The translations under genes and the position numbers were made by a program. Source: an uncultured bacterium (lineage in GTDB: Bacteria; Arandabacterota; Arandabacteria; Arandabacterales; Arandabacteraceae). Taken from it: a DNA stretch of 64,000 nucleotides. Below the pieces are notes generated by a model. That model was given only the letters and a program-made list of their open reading frames with translations, ran no database searches and had not been told where the DNA came from. Below, piece by piece: positions 10,001-17,802 of the stretch (positions are counted from its first letter, which is position 1; every line of letters starts with the position of its first letter). The DNA lies in NCBI GenBank assembly GCA_964356335.1, contig CAYHHI010000013.1, positions 2,974 to 66,973 of the forward strand, in the 5' to 3' direction.

Positions 10001-10157
10001 CAGTAGAGAATTCCCCACTGGCCAGACAGAAGTCACCGAGATCTTCAATCGATGCGGCTACGCCCTTCTGGCCTTCTCGTCCTTCATCTCTCTCTGTAGG
10101 CTCACCGCCGTGTGACTTGTCCATCTCACCCTTTCCCCGCTGATAAAAGGGTGACAA
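7074..10157 (-). CDS. sigma-54-dependent transcriptional activator (enhancer-binding protein) with N-terminal TPR repeats and a GAF domain
   Basis: 1027 aa: ~530 aa of TPR-like repeats, a GAF-like region (aa ~545-690), an AAA+ sigma-54 interaction domain (GETGTGKE, ESELFGHVKGAFTDA, GNVRQLEHEVERAV) and a C-terminal Fis-type HTH (KSKVARNLGLSRRGLLNKI). No receiver domain. Confidence 0.9.
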   Translation of the reverse strand: MSPFYQRGKGEMDKSHGGEPTERDEGREGQKGVAASIEDLGDFCLASGEFSTAIDYFTKLLALTGNSKDLNPRRASLLRRLAICYMRIGKCDHALELLDKAFMLVSEGEDTVELARIISERAWVHFKIGEYDLSQADCESALEIMLAGGRGKELVDTYNCLAGVYARKGDTERALEFLRSALSVARVVNDKELVGTCLNNLGLACKNLGLWSESQAYLEEALRISEEVGQHLQKGVRLTNLGIIYSKRGYWKKAHRCWTEALEVLARIGNRWELVSVYLALGHYYLTYRDVERAQQYYVLAMKESSDNGDARGSALSFEYVGDVEMACGRIDSAHRHYLQALEIGEEIAPQGDVVVEVKRRLADVESARTNYLAALELAREAYRLAVDLKEVFEQGCALRSKACAEFGLGEWEKARETFAKSINLLYSLGERKELGLTYLRAGQLLSTQSSSGDIAASYLTEALGIFEELEMVYEAGLSAVALGRIAAVRGDVEQCRKYLDKLMQIFGGDIPSIFADDIESIQKQADEQISCLSVSDSGDLSVFNVIMARILGAGDQASKLQLALDACVDRTSAERGLILLRRNGKLEPLASKDLETRQCTQAVPAVETILRIAEDLNRPLVSANIGKDERLAGLATAGVLQGAVMCVPLTLRGDTVGCIYLDTDCADHFFTRSDVEFVVAIVGILKSVLSEAQLARFMEEARFLRSKLEASCHVQGIISQNKKMLEILESVRFLAKTSTTVLVEGETGTGKEMLARAIHLSGDRCSRPFVTIDCSALSTEIVESELFGHVKGAFTDARADRTGLFEAAEGGTVFLDEIDKTSRKFQDRLLQVVDKREFKPMGSTVSKKADFRLICATNKDLAKEVEGERFLEDLYYRLKVISLKLPALRDRRDDIPLLAEYFLEKYTGEMEKAVAGFAPSAMDLLVSYSWPGNVRQLEHEVERAVTFVEDGEAITPAFLSDELRTWGSIVGSDGRHGLVEAVEQIERQMIREALYRFNGNKSKVARNLGLSRRGLLNKIQRYRIVP

Positions 10158-10173
10158 TCTGAGGCTACGCCAT

Positions 10174-10500
10174 CTATCTCCGGCCAGCGATCGGCTCGGA
10201 CACAGAAGGAAGCCTCTTCCCCTTAACCGTAGCGCTATTCCTGTACTCTTGCTGTCTCAAGTTCGTCTTGAATACGACGAGGTCAACCACGATTGATTTG
10301 ATGGACGAGATGGTCCCCGGATTGCTCGAAAACGTGGTCGCTGGTCTTGCCCTCTCCCAGATGTCCGGATCACCACCCATAGGGTGCTTCGGCCCTGCTA
10401 CCACCGCACTCGCCCAGACAAAGGCGAAGACGACAGCAAGAGATACAAGCCATATTGCCTTCATAAACCACCGCCTCCGGCTTGAATCCTCACGCTTCAA
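10174..10500 (-). CDS. hypothetical small secreted/membrane protein (108 aa)
   Basis: N-terminal hydrophobic segment (FMKAIWLVSLAVVFAFVWASAVVAG), no recognisable domain. Tightly packed between the dksA-like gene and the EBP gene, so operon context supports it. Confidence 0.4.
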   Translation of the reverse strand: MKREDSSRRRWFMKAIWLVSLAVVFAFVWASAVVAGPKHPMGGDPDIWERARPATTFSSNPGTISSIKSIVVDLVVFKTNLRQQEYRNSATVKGKRLPSVSEPIAGRR

Positions 10501-10524
10501 CTATAATCCATGCGCCCTTTTTTG

Positions 10525-11211
10525 TCAATCCTCAAAAAGGTCATCGGCAGACGGAAGCACAATCTTTCCGGTTGCTTCTTCCTTGGTCTTGCATTTCACG
10601 CAAAGCCTTGCCGAAGGCATAGCTTCAAGCCGCTTCACCCCAATCGGCTTGCCGCACCGCTCACATATGCCATAGGTTCCTTCCTTCAACTTCTCGAGAG
10701 CCGTAGCGATTTCCCTGAGAGCGTTGACACCGGCTTCACTATACTCAAAAGCCTTCTCTTTCTCGACGGAGGCCGAGACAAGATCGCCGACTTCGGCAAA
10801 GCTGGTACGGTCGATTTCCAAGCTATCAGCACGGGCACGCTTGATCTTCTCCAGAACCTCTGCTCCCTTGGTCTCAAGCATAGCCTTCAGCTTCTGTACT
10901 CTGGGTGAAACCACCCTGGCCCGGACCCGTGGCCTTCTGCTTGCGGCAGGGCCCACCCTCTTGGTTGGCGCCCCCCCTTTCCGCACAGTGGCGATCGCGG
11001 GCTTACGAGGCTTACGTCGCGCACCAGTCTTCGCCCCCGGTCTTCTGGGAGCTTTCCTAACGGCTTTCCGGGTAGGCTTCTTAGCCGCTTTCTTGCTGAT
11101 TTTCTTAGGAGTCTTCTTCCTGGCTTTCATCTTAGGTTTTCTCTCGCGCTTACCGGCCGGTCTACGAGTGCGTCCTCGCCGCCTTGCCTTGAGTGTCGTC
11201 CCAGAAGCCAT
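10525..11211 (-). CDS. DksA/TraR-family C4 zinc-finger protein with a ~110-aa lysine/arginine/proline/alanine-rich (histone H1-like) N-terminal tail
   Basis: C-terminal CERCGKPIGVKRLEAMPSARLCVKCK (Cx2C-x17-Cx2C) preceded by a coiled-coil-like region. The N-terminal 113 aa are KARRRGRTRRPAGKRERKPKMKARKKTPKKISKKAAKKPTRKAVRKAPRRPGAK... (>45% K/R). Confidence 0.75.
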   Translation of the reverse strand: MASGTTLKARRRGRTRRPAGKRERKPKMKARKKTPKKISKKAAKKPTRKAVRKAPRRPGAKTGARRKPRKPAIATVRKGGAPTKRVGPAASRRPRVRARVVSPRVQKLKAMLETKGAEVLEKIKRARADSLEIDRTSFAEVGDLVSASVEKEKAFEYSEAGVNALREIATALEKLKEGTYGICERCGKPIGVKRLEAMPSARLCVKCKTKEEATGKIVLPSADDLFED

Positions 11212-11527
11212 ATCCTCCTCAGCCTGTTACTGATCCCTAACTAGGATAGGCATAAGAGGCCTCTACCGCCCTCTGCCCCGCCGCCAACCCGGGGGTAAGC
11301 GGCCAATCCTCCTGCCAAAAACATTGTTAGGATTATCACCATCTTGCTCGGCCCAGTCAAGTGCATTGTCAAGCCCATGGAAATCTCGGCTGTCCCAACT
11401 GCCGAGACCCGGTGGAGAAGAACAACCGGGGAGGCCGTCGCGAGAATCGCTGCCCCACGAGCAATCTGCCGAGCAGCCGCCGAACCGCTTCCATCATAGG
11501 GTGCGATCTCGGGTCATTGACGCCCCG

Positions 11528-12070
11528 TTAGAGAACCAAGACCGCCGCGGCGACAACCGTAGTCCAGAGCCCCCTCTTGTCGCCTATTGCGGACTGGGTG
11601 ATGTTGGTTGTTCGGACGATCTTCCCGGAGATCTTCCAGAGCTCCTTCTTGGTATCGTAACTGGCGTCGGGATCGAATTCGACACCGAGAATAGTCGCAA
11701 GCATCGACGCAGCCAGGTCCTCAGCATAATCTCCCGATTTTTGGTCGGTCTCGCCGAAGCTGCTGTACTCCGACAGATAACCATGCTGGTTGGGATCTTT
11801 GGGAATAGCCATCCCCACCGATGCGGCTATGAGCCTGTGGGGCTCGTTGGTTGCGTTCTCACTAAGGACCACATACGTGATCTCGCCGGCGGAAAGCTGC
11901 TCCAGCCCCTGCTCCCTGGATATCATCTTGCACTTAGGCGGGAAGATGCTCGAGACTCTTACGATATTCAGGCAAGCGATCCCAGCATTGCGCAGGGCAA
12001 GCTCGAAGCTGGTGAGCTTGTCCTTGTGCCTTCCCACACCCTTCGTGAGAAATATCCTTCGAGGAGTCAT
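11528..12070 (-). CDS. pdaD: pyruvoyl-dependent arginine decarboxylase
   Basis: 180 aa; NIVRVSSIFPP matches the PdaD self-cleavage site region (archaeal NLIRISSIMPP); AIPKD is also conserved. Confidence 0.8.
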   Translation of the reverse strand: MTPRRIFLTKGVGRHKDKLTSFELALRNAGIACLNIVRVSSIFPPKCKMISREQGLEQLSAGEITYVVLSENATNEPHRLIAASVGMAIPKDPNQHGYLSEYSSFGETDQKSGDYAEDLAASMLATILGVEFDPDASYDTKKELWKISGKIVRTTNITQSAIGDKRGLWTTVVAAAVLVL

Positions 12071-12169
12071 CTTGTCCGCCTCCTGATCTTAGGGATTGCC
12101 ACCGGGGAGACTCCGCCGGGCAGCAAACTCAAAGACCCCACGCCACATGGCCACCGGCAGTTTTTTCAC

Positions 12170-12197
12170 CGAGCCAAGATGATTATTTACTGCAACC
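12170..12197 (-). promoter_or_regulatory. possible sigma-70-like promoter for pdaD (perfect TTGACA -35, AT-rich -10 region)
   Basis: The minus strand reads TTGACAaaagggttgcagtAAATAATcat. The -35 hexamer is perfect, but the -10 assignment and spacing (14-16 nt) are ambiguous. Confidence 0.25.
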
Positions 12198-12420
12198 CTT
12201 TTGTCAAGACATTATTCTGCGCCCCTAAATCCCGCATGCCATTGGGGCAGCGGGTTTGCCGAAGCTCGAGTCCAAGAAGGCCAAGGAGATCCCGATTCGG
12301 GTCTCCTGATGAGACTGGGGGAGGCGTCGCCACCTCCCCCAAGACCTCTGCCCTTTGCGTTTCAGGCGTGACCGCTGACCGCGAACCTCTAGCCCGCCTT
12401 CCTGCTACGCCGACTGCCGT

Positions 12421-13731
12421 TCACGGATATACCCTGTACATCAGCCGTGGAAACGGGATCGTTTCCCTGATGTGCTTTATTCCGCATATCCACGCCACTG
12501 TCCTCTCAATGCCGAGGCCGAAACCCGCGTGAGGCACCGAGCCGTATCTCCTGAGATCCAGGTACCACTCAAATGCCTCTCTCGGCAGATCGAACTGCCT
12601 GAGCCTTTCCTCGAGAAGCGCAAGGTCGCAAATCCTCTCACTGCCACCGATGATCTCACCATAACCTTCGGGCGCGATGAGATCGGTGCAGAGCGCTAGC
12701 TCCGTATTCTCTGGATCAGGCTGCATGTAAAATGCCTTGGCTCTAGCCGGGTACCTGTGGACGAACACGGGTGTATCGAACTCGAGGGAAAGTGCAGTCT
12801 CTTCATCACCGCCAAGATCCGCCCCTCGCTCGATCGTATACCCTTTACCCTGGAGGATCCCCAGCGCCTTGTCATAAGTGATCCGAGGAAACGGTTTTCG
12901 AACTCTTTCGAGGAATGACGGATCCCGCTCGAGATTTGCCAGATCGTCTCGCCTCTTTTCCAGGACCCTTTCCAGAACGTAGACAACGAGTCCCTCGGCC
13001 AGTTCAAACACAGTCTCAAGATCGCCAAAGGCAACCTCGGGTTCAAGCATCCAGAATTCGGTCAGGTGTCTTCTTGTCTTGGACTTCTCCGCCCGGAAGG
13101 TCGGGCCGAAGCAGTACACTCGGCCAAAGGCCATGCATGTGGCTTCGTTATAGAGCTGCCCGCTCTGAGACAGGTACGCCTTGGAGCCGAAGTATTCTGT
13201 TTCGAAAAGCGTGGTGGTTCCTTCGGCCGCCGATGGTGTGAGGATGGGCGCATCAACCTCGATGAAACCTCGTCCATCAAGGTAGTCCCGGCAGGCCTTC
13301 ATAACCTCGGCCCTGATTCTTATCGCTGAGTGCTGTCTTGAAGAACGCAACCACAGGTGCCGATTCTCCATCAGGAAGGCAACGCCGTGCTCCTTTGGGG
13401 TTATGGGATAGGGAAGTGCCTTACTGACGATCTCAAGGTCGTTCACCAGCAGCTCGTACCCGCCAGGGGCCCGACTATCATCCCTCACGGTTCCCGTCAC
13501 TGTGCAGGAGGTTTCCTGAGTAAGCTCGTCGAACCTCCCGAGAGCCGCACCCGAGTCCTTTCCAGTAAAGACGCATTGGATCATGCCGGTCCCGTCCCGC
13601 ACCATGGCAAACTTGATCTTCCCGCTTGGCCTCAAATGCGACACCCAACCCTTGATCGCTACTTCCTTTCCGCCGTACCCGCCCACGTCACATATATAGA
13701 CCCACTTCATGTTGCTCTCCATCCAGTCCAT
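12421..13731 (-). CDS. asnS: asparagine--tRNA ligase (class II aaRS; archaeal-type AspRS not fully excluded)
   Basis: 436 aa with an N-terminal OB fold, class II motifs [24 protein letters not shown] and [12 protein letters not shown]. The EFWM.EPE pattern favours AsnRS. Confidence 0.7.
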   Translation of the reverse strand: MDWMESNMKWVYICDVGGYGGKEVAIKGWVSHLRPSGKIKFAMVRDGTGMIQCVFTGKDSGAALGRFDELTQETSCTVTGTVRDDSRAPGGYELLVNDLEIVSKALPYPITPKEHGVAFLMENRHLWLRSSRQHSAIRIRAEVMKACRDYLDGRGFIEVDAPILTPSAAEGTTTLFETEYFGSKAYLSQSGQLYNEATCMAFGRVYCFGPTFRAEKSKTRRHLTEFWMLEPEVAFGDLETVFELAEGLVVYVLERVLEKRRDDLANLERDPSFLERVRKPFPRITYDKALGILQGKGYTIERGADLGGDEETALSLEFDTPVFVHRYPARAKAFYMQPDPENTELALCTDLIAPEGYGEIIGGSERICDLALLEERLRQFDLPREAFEWYLDLRRYGSVPHAGFGLGIERTVAWICGIKHIRETIPFPRLMYRVYP

Positions 13732-13796
13732 GGCTCCTTTTCAGGCTTATAACCCGCTCGCCATCTTCTCAGTATCCTTCCAAGAAAACCCTCACC

Positions 13797-15848
13797 TCAG
13801 AGCCTACCGAGGACCGCATAAGCTATACCCGAAGCATACGAATTGATTCGCTTGAGATCGCTGATCACGTCAAGATAGACAGTGCTTGTCTCAACCACTT
13901 CTTCCCTGCTTCCCCTGAGAAGCGACAGATGCTCCTTGTGGAGCTGCCGCTCGAGAATATTCATCTCTGACTTGCGCTCGACAACTTCCTCGGCAAGTTT
14001 CCTGTCCTGGGAAGCAAACGAGTCGATCGCCATCTGGAATGTCTTTTCGATCTCGCCGTGGTATTCCCTGATGCGCTGAAGCGCTTCCTTTGAGAATCGC
14101 GGCGATACCATTATCTTCTTCAGGGCCAGATCCATCAGGCTTTTCGAGACTATGTCGCCGATCAGCTCGAGATTCTTTACAGTGAAGAGAAGAGAAACTG
14201 CCCGCTGGGCCTCTTCCTCAGACATCTCCTTGCCCGAAACCTCAGTGAGATAGGGAGTGATAGATTCCTCGAGCATGTCAATCTTGTCATCCTCCTCGAT
14301 CAGTCTCTCTCTAAGAACCTCATTATCATTGAGGAAGACATCGATGGACTTTGAGAAGACACCATAGGTGATGTCAGCCATCCTGAGGGTCTCGCGAGTC
14401 GCTTGGCCTAAGGCGAGTGATGGAGTGTCGAGCACGCGCTGGTCCAGGTATGCGGGCTTGAAGACCTCGACGTCCACCTCCTCCTCTTTGACCAGGAACC
14501 TGAAAAGGCGCCCCCAAGGGGTCATGAACGGAATGAAGAAGAGAGCAGCACCGATGTTGAAAAGGCTGTGGGCATTGGCGATCTGGCGCGTCAAGCTCGG
14601 GGCGGTCGAGGCAACGAAGTTTGTGAATGGCTTAAGGAAAGGAAAGATCAGGATCACTCCGACGATCTTGAAGAAGGTGTGTGCCCACGCGATTCTTTTT
14701 CCCTCGGCATTGCTGTTCACGCTTGCCATCAGCGCAGTCGCGCATGTGCCTAGGTTCGCCCCGAGCACGAGTGGTATGGCGCTCTTCAGGCTTATCACGC
14801 CCTCAAACGCCAGAATCAGCACGAGTCCTATGGTTGCAGCGCTTCCATGGATCAGCGCCGTGAACAATGCTGAGATCACTATGGCAAGCACCGGATTACG
14901 CTCGACGCCAAGCATGAAGTGGACGAAAGCGGGATGGTCCTTGGCGGGTTCGACGGCTGATGACATGATCGTCATGCCGAAGAAAAGCAGGCCGAAGCCC
15001 ATGATTATCTGGCCGAACCTTGAATAGCGTTCGATCTTCGATGAGAAGAGAACAAAACCAAGGGCAACGACCAGGAGTGCATAATCGAAGAGCCTGAAGG
15101 CAATCAGCTGAACTGTCAGAGTTGTGCCGATGTCCGCGCCGAGGATCACGCCGAGCGCCTGCTTAAGCCCGATGATGCCGGCGTTGGCGAAACTTACGAG
15201 CATTGCGGTTGTCGCACTGCTGCTCTGGATTATGACAGTGATGATCACTCCAGTTACGAGTCCCATGAACCTGTTTGAGGTAAGTCTGATCACCGTGTCC
15301 CGCAGTTTCTTACCCGCAGCCTTCTGGAGACCGCGCCCTCCAAATCTGATTCCAAACAGGAAGATGGCAAGCCCGCCGCTTATACCCACGAGCATGAAGA
15401 CGAGCCAGTGCTGCCTGTAGGCCTTGACGGTGAAAACCAGAGGGTTCCCCTGGTGAGATTGCGGCGAGCAGACGACATGGAACACTCCGTTGCGCGAGCC
15501 GAAGACGAGCGAAGTGGAGGCGTTGCCGTCGGAACCTGTCACAACAAGGGGCGTGTCAAGCGTTGGGAAACCCGAGACCATCTCAAGCCTCGTGCTGGCC
15601 TCAATCACCCTGAATTCGACTGTAACGCCGCTCGCGCTCTGGCCCTGCTCGTCCGTAACGTGGACTCTCAAGGGCCGGTGGAGATACTCCCCCGCCAGGC
15701 CGATCTGGCCGTTATTCGAGATGTCTTCCCCATCCATCCCCTTGGCAAAATCGATATGAACCAGGGCTGCGGGAAGGCATGGCGCCGCAGGAAGCCCGAG
15801 GAGTACGAAAACCAAGAGGCCCTGCAAAACCTGTTTTGTCAGTTTCAT
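13797..15848 (-). CDS. Na/Pi-cotransporter II-related protein with C-terminal PhoU-like domains and an extra N-terminal secreted Ig-like/beta-sandwich domain
   Basis: 683 aa: a signal peptide, ~130 aa of beta-rich region (VTVEFRVIEASTRLEMVSG...VFHVVCSP), the NptA-type membrane core (repeated GANLGTC/GADIGTT-like motifs) and PhoU-like helical repeats at the C-terminus. Confidence 0.75.
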   Translation of the reverse strand: MKLTKQVLQGLLVFVLLGLPAAPCLPAALVHIDFAKGMDGEDISNNGQIGLAGEYLHRPLRVHVTDEQGQSASGVTVEFRVIEASTRLEMVSGFPTLDTPLVVTGSDGNASTSLVFGSRNGVFHVVCSPQSHQGNPLVFTVKAYRQHWLVFMLVGISGGLAIFLFGIRFGGRGLQKAAGKKLRDTVIRLTSNRFMGLVTGVIITVIIQSSSATTAMLVSFANAGIIGLKQALGVILGADIGTTLTVQLIAFRLFDYALLVVALGFVLFSSKIERYSRFGQIIMGFGLLFFGMTIMSSAVEPAKDHPAFVHFMLGVERNPVLAIVISALFTALIHGSAATIGLVLILAFEGVISLKSAIPLVLGANLGTCATALMASVNSNAEGKRIAWAHTFFKIVGVILIFPFLKPFTNFVASTAPSLTRQIANAHSLFNIGAALFFIPFMTPWGRLFRFLVKEEEVDVEVFKPAYLDQRVLDTPSLALGQATRETLRMADITYGVFSKSIDVFLNDNEVLRERLIEEDDKIDMLEESITPYLTEVSGKEMSEEEAQRAVSLLFTVKNLELIGDIVSKSLMDLALKKIMVSPRFSKEALQRIREYHGEIEKTFQMAIDSFASQDRKLAEEVVERKSEMNILERQLHKEHLSLLRGSREEVVETSTVYLDVISDLKRINSYASGIAYAVLGRL

Positions 15849-15947
15849 ACGGATCCGCCTCAGTAGTAGCTAGCCCCTAAGGTTAAGTTCCCTGTTTCCA
15901 ATATGTCAACACAAAAGCGCCTCCAGCGCCAATCTTAATAAGTCTCT

Positions 15948-15962
15948 GCAAACTTAGTGCCG
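15948..15962 (-). promoter_or_regulatory. sigma-54 (-24/-12) promoter candidate upstream of the Ig-NptA-PhoU transporter gene
   Basis: The minus strand reads cGGCAC-taagt-TTGCa (forward GCAA 15948-15951, N5, GTGCC 15957-15961), ~100 nt upstream of the ATG at 15848, in a lower-GC divergent intergenic region. Confidence 0.45.
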
Positions 15963-16064
15963 AACCCGCTAAAGACGGACAATCAATCTGCCGAACAGGT
16001 AGGTAGATATCGTGTATTGGGGTCGTAGCCATAGACTTAACGAAAGACTCAGAGAGGATCTAGT

Positions 16065-17798
16065 TTGCTCAAGAAAGGCATATTAGCCTATCTGTCGATA
16101 GTGTTGCTGTCGCTTGCCATCTGCGAGGCTGCCGGCGAGGTAGCTGATCAGACCGGCGACTCGATACTCCTCTCAAACACATATCTTTGGAAAGGTCACC
16201 AATATTTCAAGCAAGGCCGGACAGATCTTGCGGCGGAGGCTTTCAGGACAGCGTCCGGACATATGCGGGCGTCACCCTATCCCCATTTCATGCTGGCAAG
16301 GCTGTATCTCAAACGATCACCGATGGATGCAGTCTTGGAGTTTGGGACCGGAGTCAAGCTCTTGACGGGAGGCTTCTTTTATCAGTCGATTCTGGTCTCC
16401 AACCTCCTGCTCACGGCTTTACTGGCAGTGGCCATCGCGGCTTATGTTGCTGTGCTTGTCGTACTTGTGAGGCACGGCAAGACCGTTTGGTTCTCCATTC
16501 TCTTGACCTTCTCCCCCGTCGTCGGCGAAAAGTATCTGGGTATACTCGTTGCAGGCTGCCTTGTCTCATTCCTGACAATGCTTTCGGGGCTGAGCATCGT
16601 TGCCATGGTGACATGGGCAATAGTGATTGGCTGTGGGCTCGCCTGGCGGCACGCCAGCGGCTCCGAAAGAAGGACGATGGCAGGTTTCGTCGTTTTCCTC
16701 ATAGCCTTCGTGCCTCTCTTCGATCTGACTGTGCAGGTTGTGTCAACCCAACACCCGGACTCCCCAACGCGGATTGCCGCCCTCGCTGGCGAGACAACCG
16801 AGGCTGAAATCGCAAAGGTAGCGGAGACCAACAAGGTCCTCTCTGAGAATGATCCCATAGGCGAATTCATGCGCGGCCTCCTCTATCTAAAGAATGGAGA
16901 GTACGTTGCCGCAATCGAACACTTTAACCTCGCATCGAAGTTTACCCGTAATAATGCAGCCATACTCAACAACATCGCGGTGGCATTTCATAATCTGGGA
17001 AGATACAAGGAAGCCCAGGCTAAGTTCGAGGATGCCCTGAAGTTCGGACCCAGAGAAGCCTTGATTCACTACAACTACTCTCAGACCCTTAATGCTCTTC
17101 TGTACTACGACCTTGCCCAGGGGGAACTCACCAAGGCCTCGGGCCTGGATTTCGACCTCACGAGATCCCTGGTTACGGGAAAGGAGAGGCCCACGCTGAT
17201 CCCCATGAATCTTGAAACAGGAGTACTCTGGGAATTGGCGATGAACCCGTCGAACAAGATGTTGAAGTCGGCGTATCATCCGACGGAAGCAGGCTGGCCC
17301 GGAATACTGCTGCTAGTATTGCTCACGGCTTCTGCGTTTGTCCTGATGAAGAACGCTAAACTGCCAGCAAGATGCGATATCTGCGAGTGCGTGGTCAAGG
17401 CACAGGTGATCAAGCGAAAGCGGCGCGAAGTGCTTTGTCCGGCCTGCAAAGCCATAAAGCAGCAAAACGCAGATGACAACGACGCCCTCGAGAAGCAACT
17501 CGAGCAAAGGGTCACAAATTTGGAAACCCATCATGGCATCTTCCATCTGGTGCTCGGGCTTGTTCTACCCGGTAGCACGTACCATCTCCTTGGCTCGAAA
17601 ATGAAGGGATTCCTCCTGTCGGTCGTAGTCTTCATGCTCCTTATCATTATGGTGACCAGCGGGGGACCGGTCAAGCAGGTACCCGAGCTCGACCTCGGCC
17701 ATAACTATGGGTGGGCGGTCGTTCTTTTCATCGCGGTTTACGCTCTCTATGCATGGAGATCGGTGATGCTGGTACTGAGGACGCAGGGAGAAGAATAG
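16065..17798 (+). CDS. polytopic membrane protein with TPR repeats and an internal Cys4 zinc ribbon
   Basis: 577 aa: an N-terminal hydrophobic/signal segment, TPR-like repeats, a block of 5-6 TM helices, a second TPR block (AAIEHFNLASKF...GRYKEAQAKFEDALKF), CDICECVV...CPACKA, then more TM helices. Confidence 0.6.
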   Translation: MLKKGILAYLSIVLLSLAICEAAGEVADQTGDSILLSNTYLWKGHQYFKQGRTDLAAEAFRTASGHMRASPYPHFMLARLYLKRSPMDAVLEFGTGVKLLTGGFFYQSILVSNLLLTALLAVAIAAYVAVLVVLVRHGKTVWFSILLTFSPVVGEKYLGILVAGCLVSFLTMLSGLSIVAMVTWAIVIGCGLAWRHASGSERRTMAGFVVFLIAFVPLFDLTVQVVSTQHPDSPTRIAALAGETTEAEIAKVAETNKVLSENDPIGEFMRGLLYLKNGEYVAAIEHFNLASKFTRNNAAILNNIAVAFHNLGRYKEAQAKFEDALKFGPREALIHYNYSQTLNALLYYDLAQGELTKASGLDFDLTRSLVTGKERPTLIPMNLETGVLWELAMNPSNKMLKSAYHPTEAGWPGILLLVLLTASAFVLMKNAKLPARCDICECVVKAQVIKRKRREVLCPACKAIKQQNADDNDALEKQLEQRVTNLETHHGIFHLVLGLVLPGSTYHLLGSKMKGFLLSVVVFMLLIIMVTSGGPVKQVPELDLGHNYGWAVVLFIAVYALYAWRSVMLVLRTQGEE

Positions 17799-17802
17799 AA
17801 AA

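Noticed and set aside
12290-12340. CTGATGAG heptamer followed by a GC hairpin, reminiscent of a hammerhead ribozyme core
   Set aside because: No GAAA/CGAAAC element or stem III follows stem II; an isolated CUGAUGA is expected by chance roughly once per 16 kb.
11324-12532. 402-aa plus-strand ORF in the ORF track
   Set aside because: It runs antisense across pdaD and the asnS 3' end, and its translation is low-complexity (Pro/Arg/Gly-rich). This is a typical long antisense ORF of a GC-rich genome.
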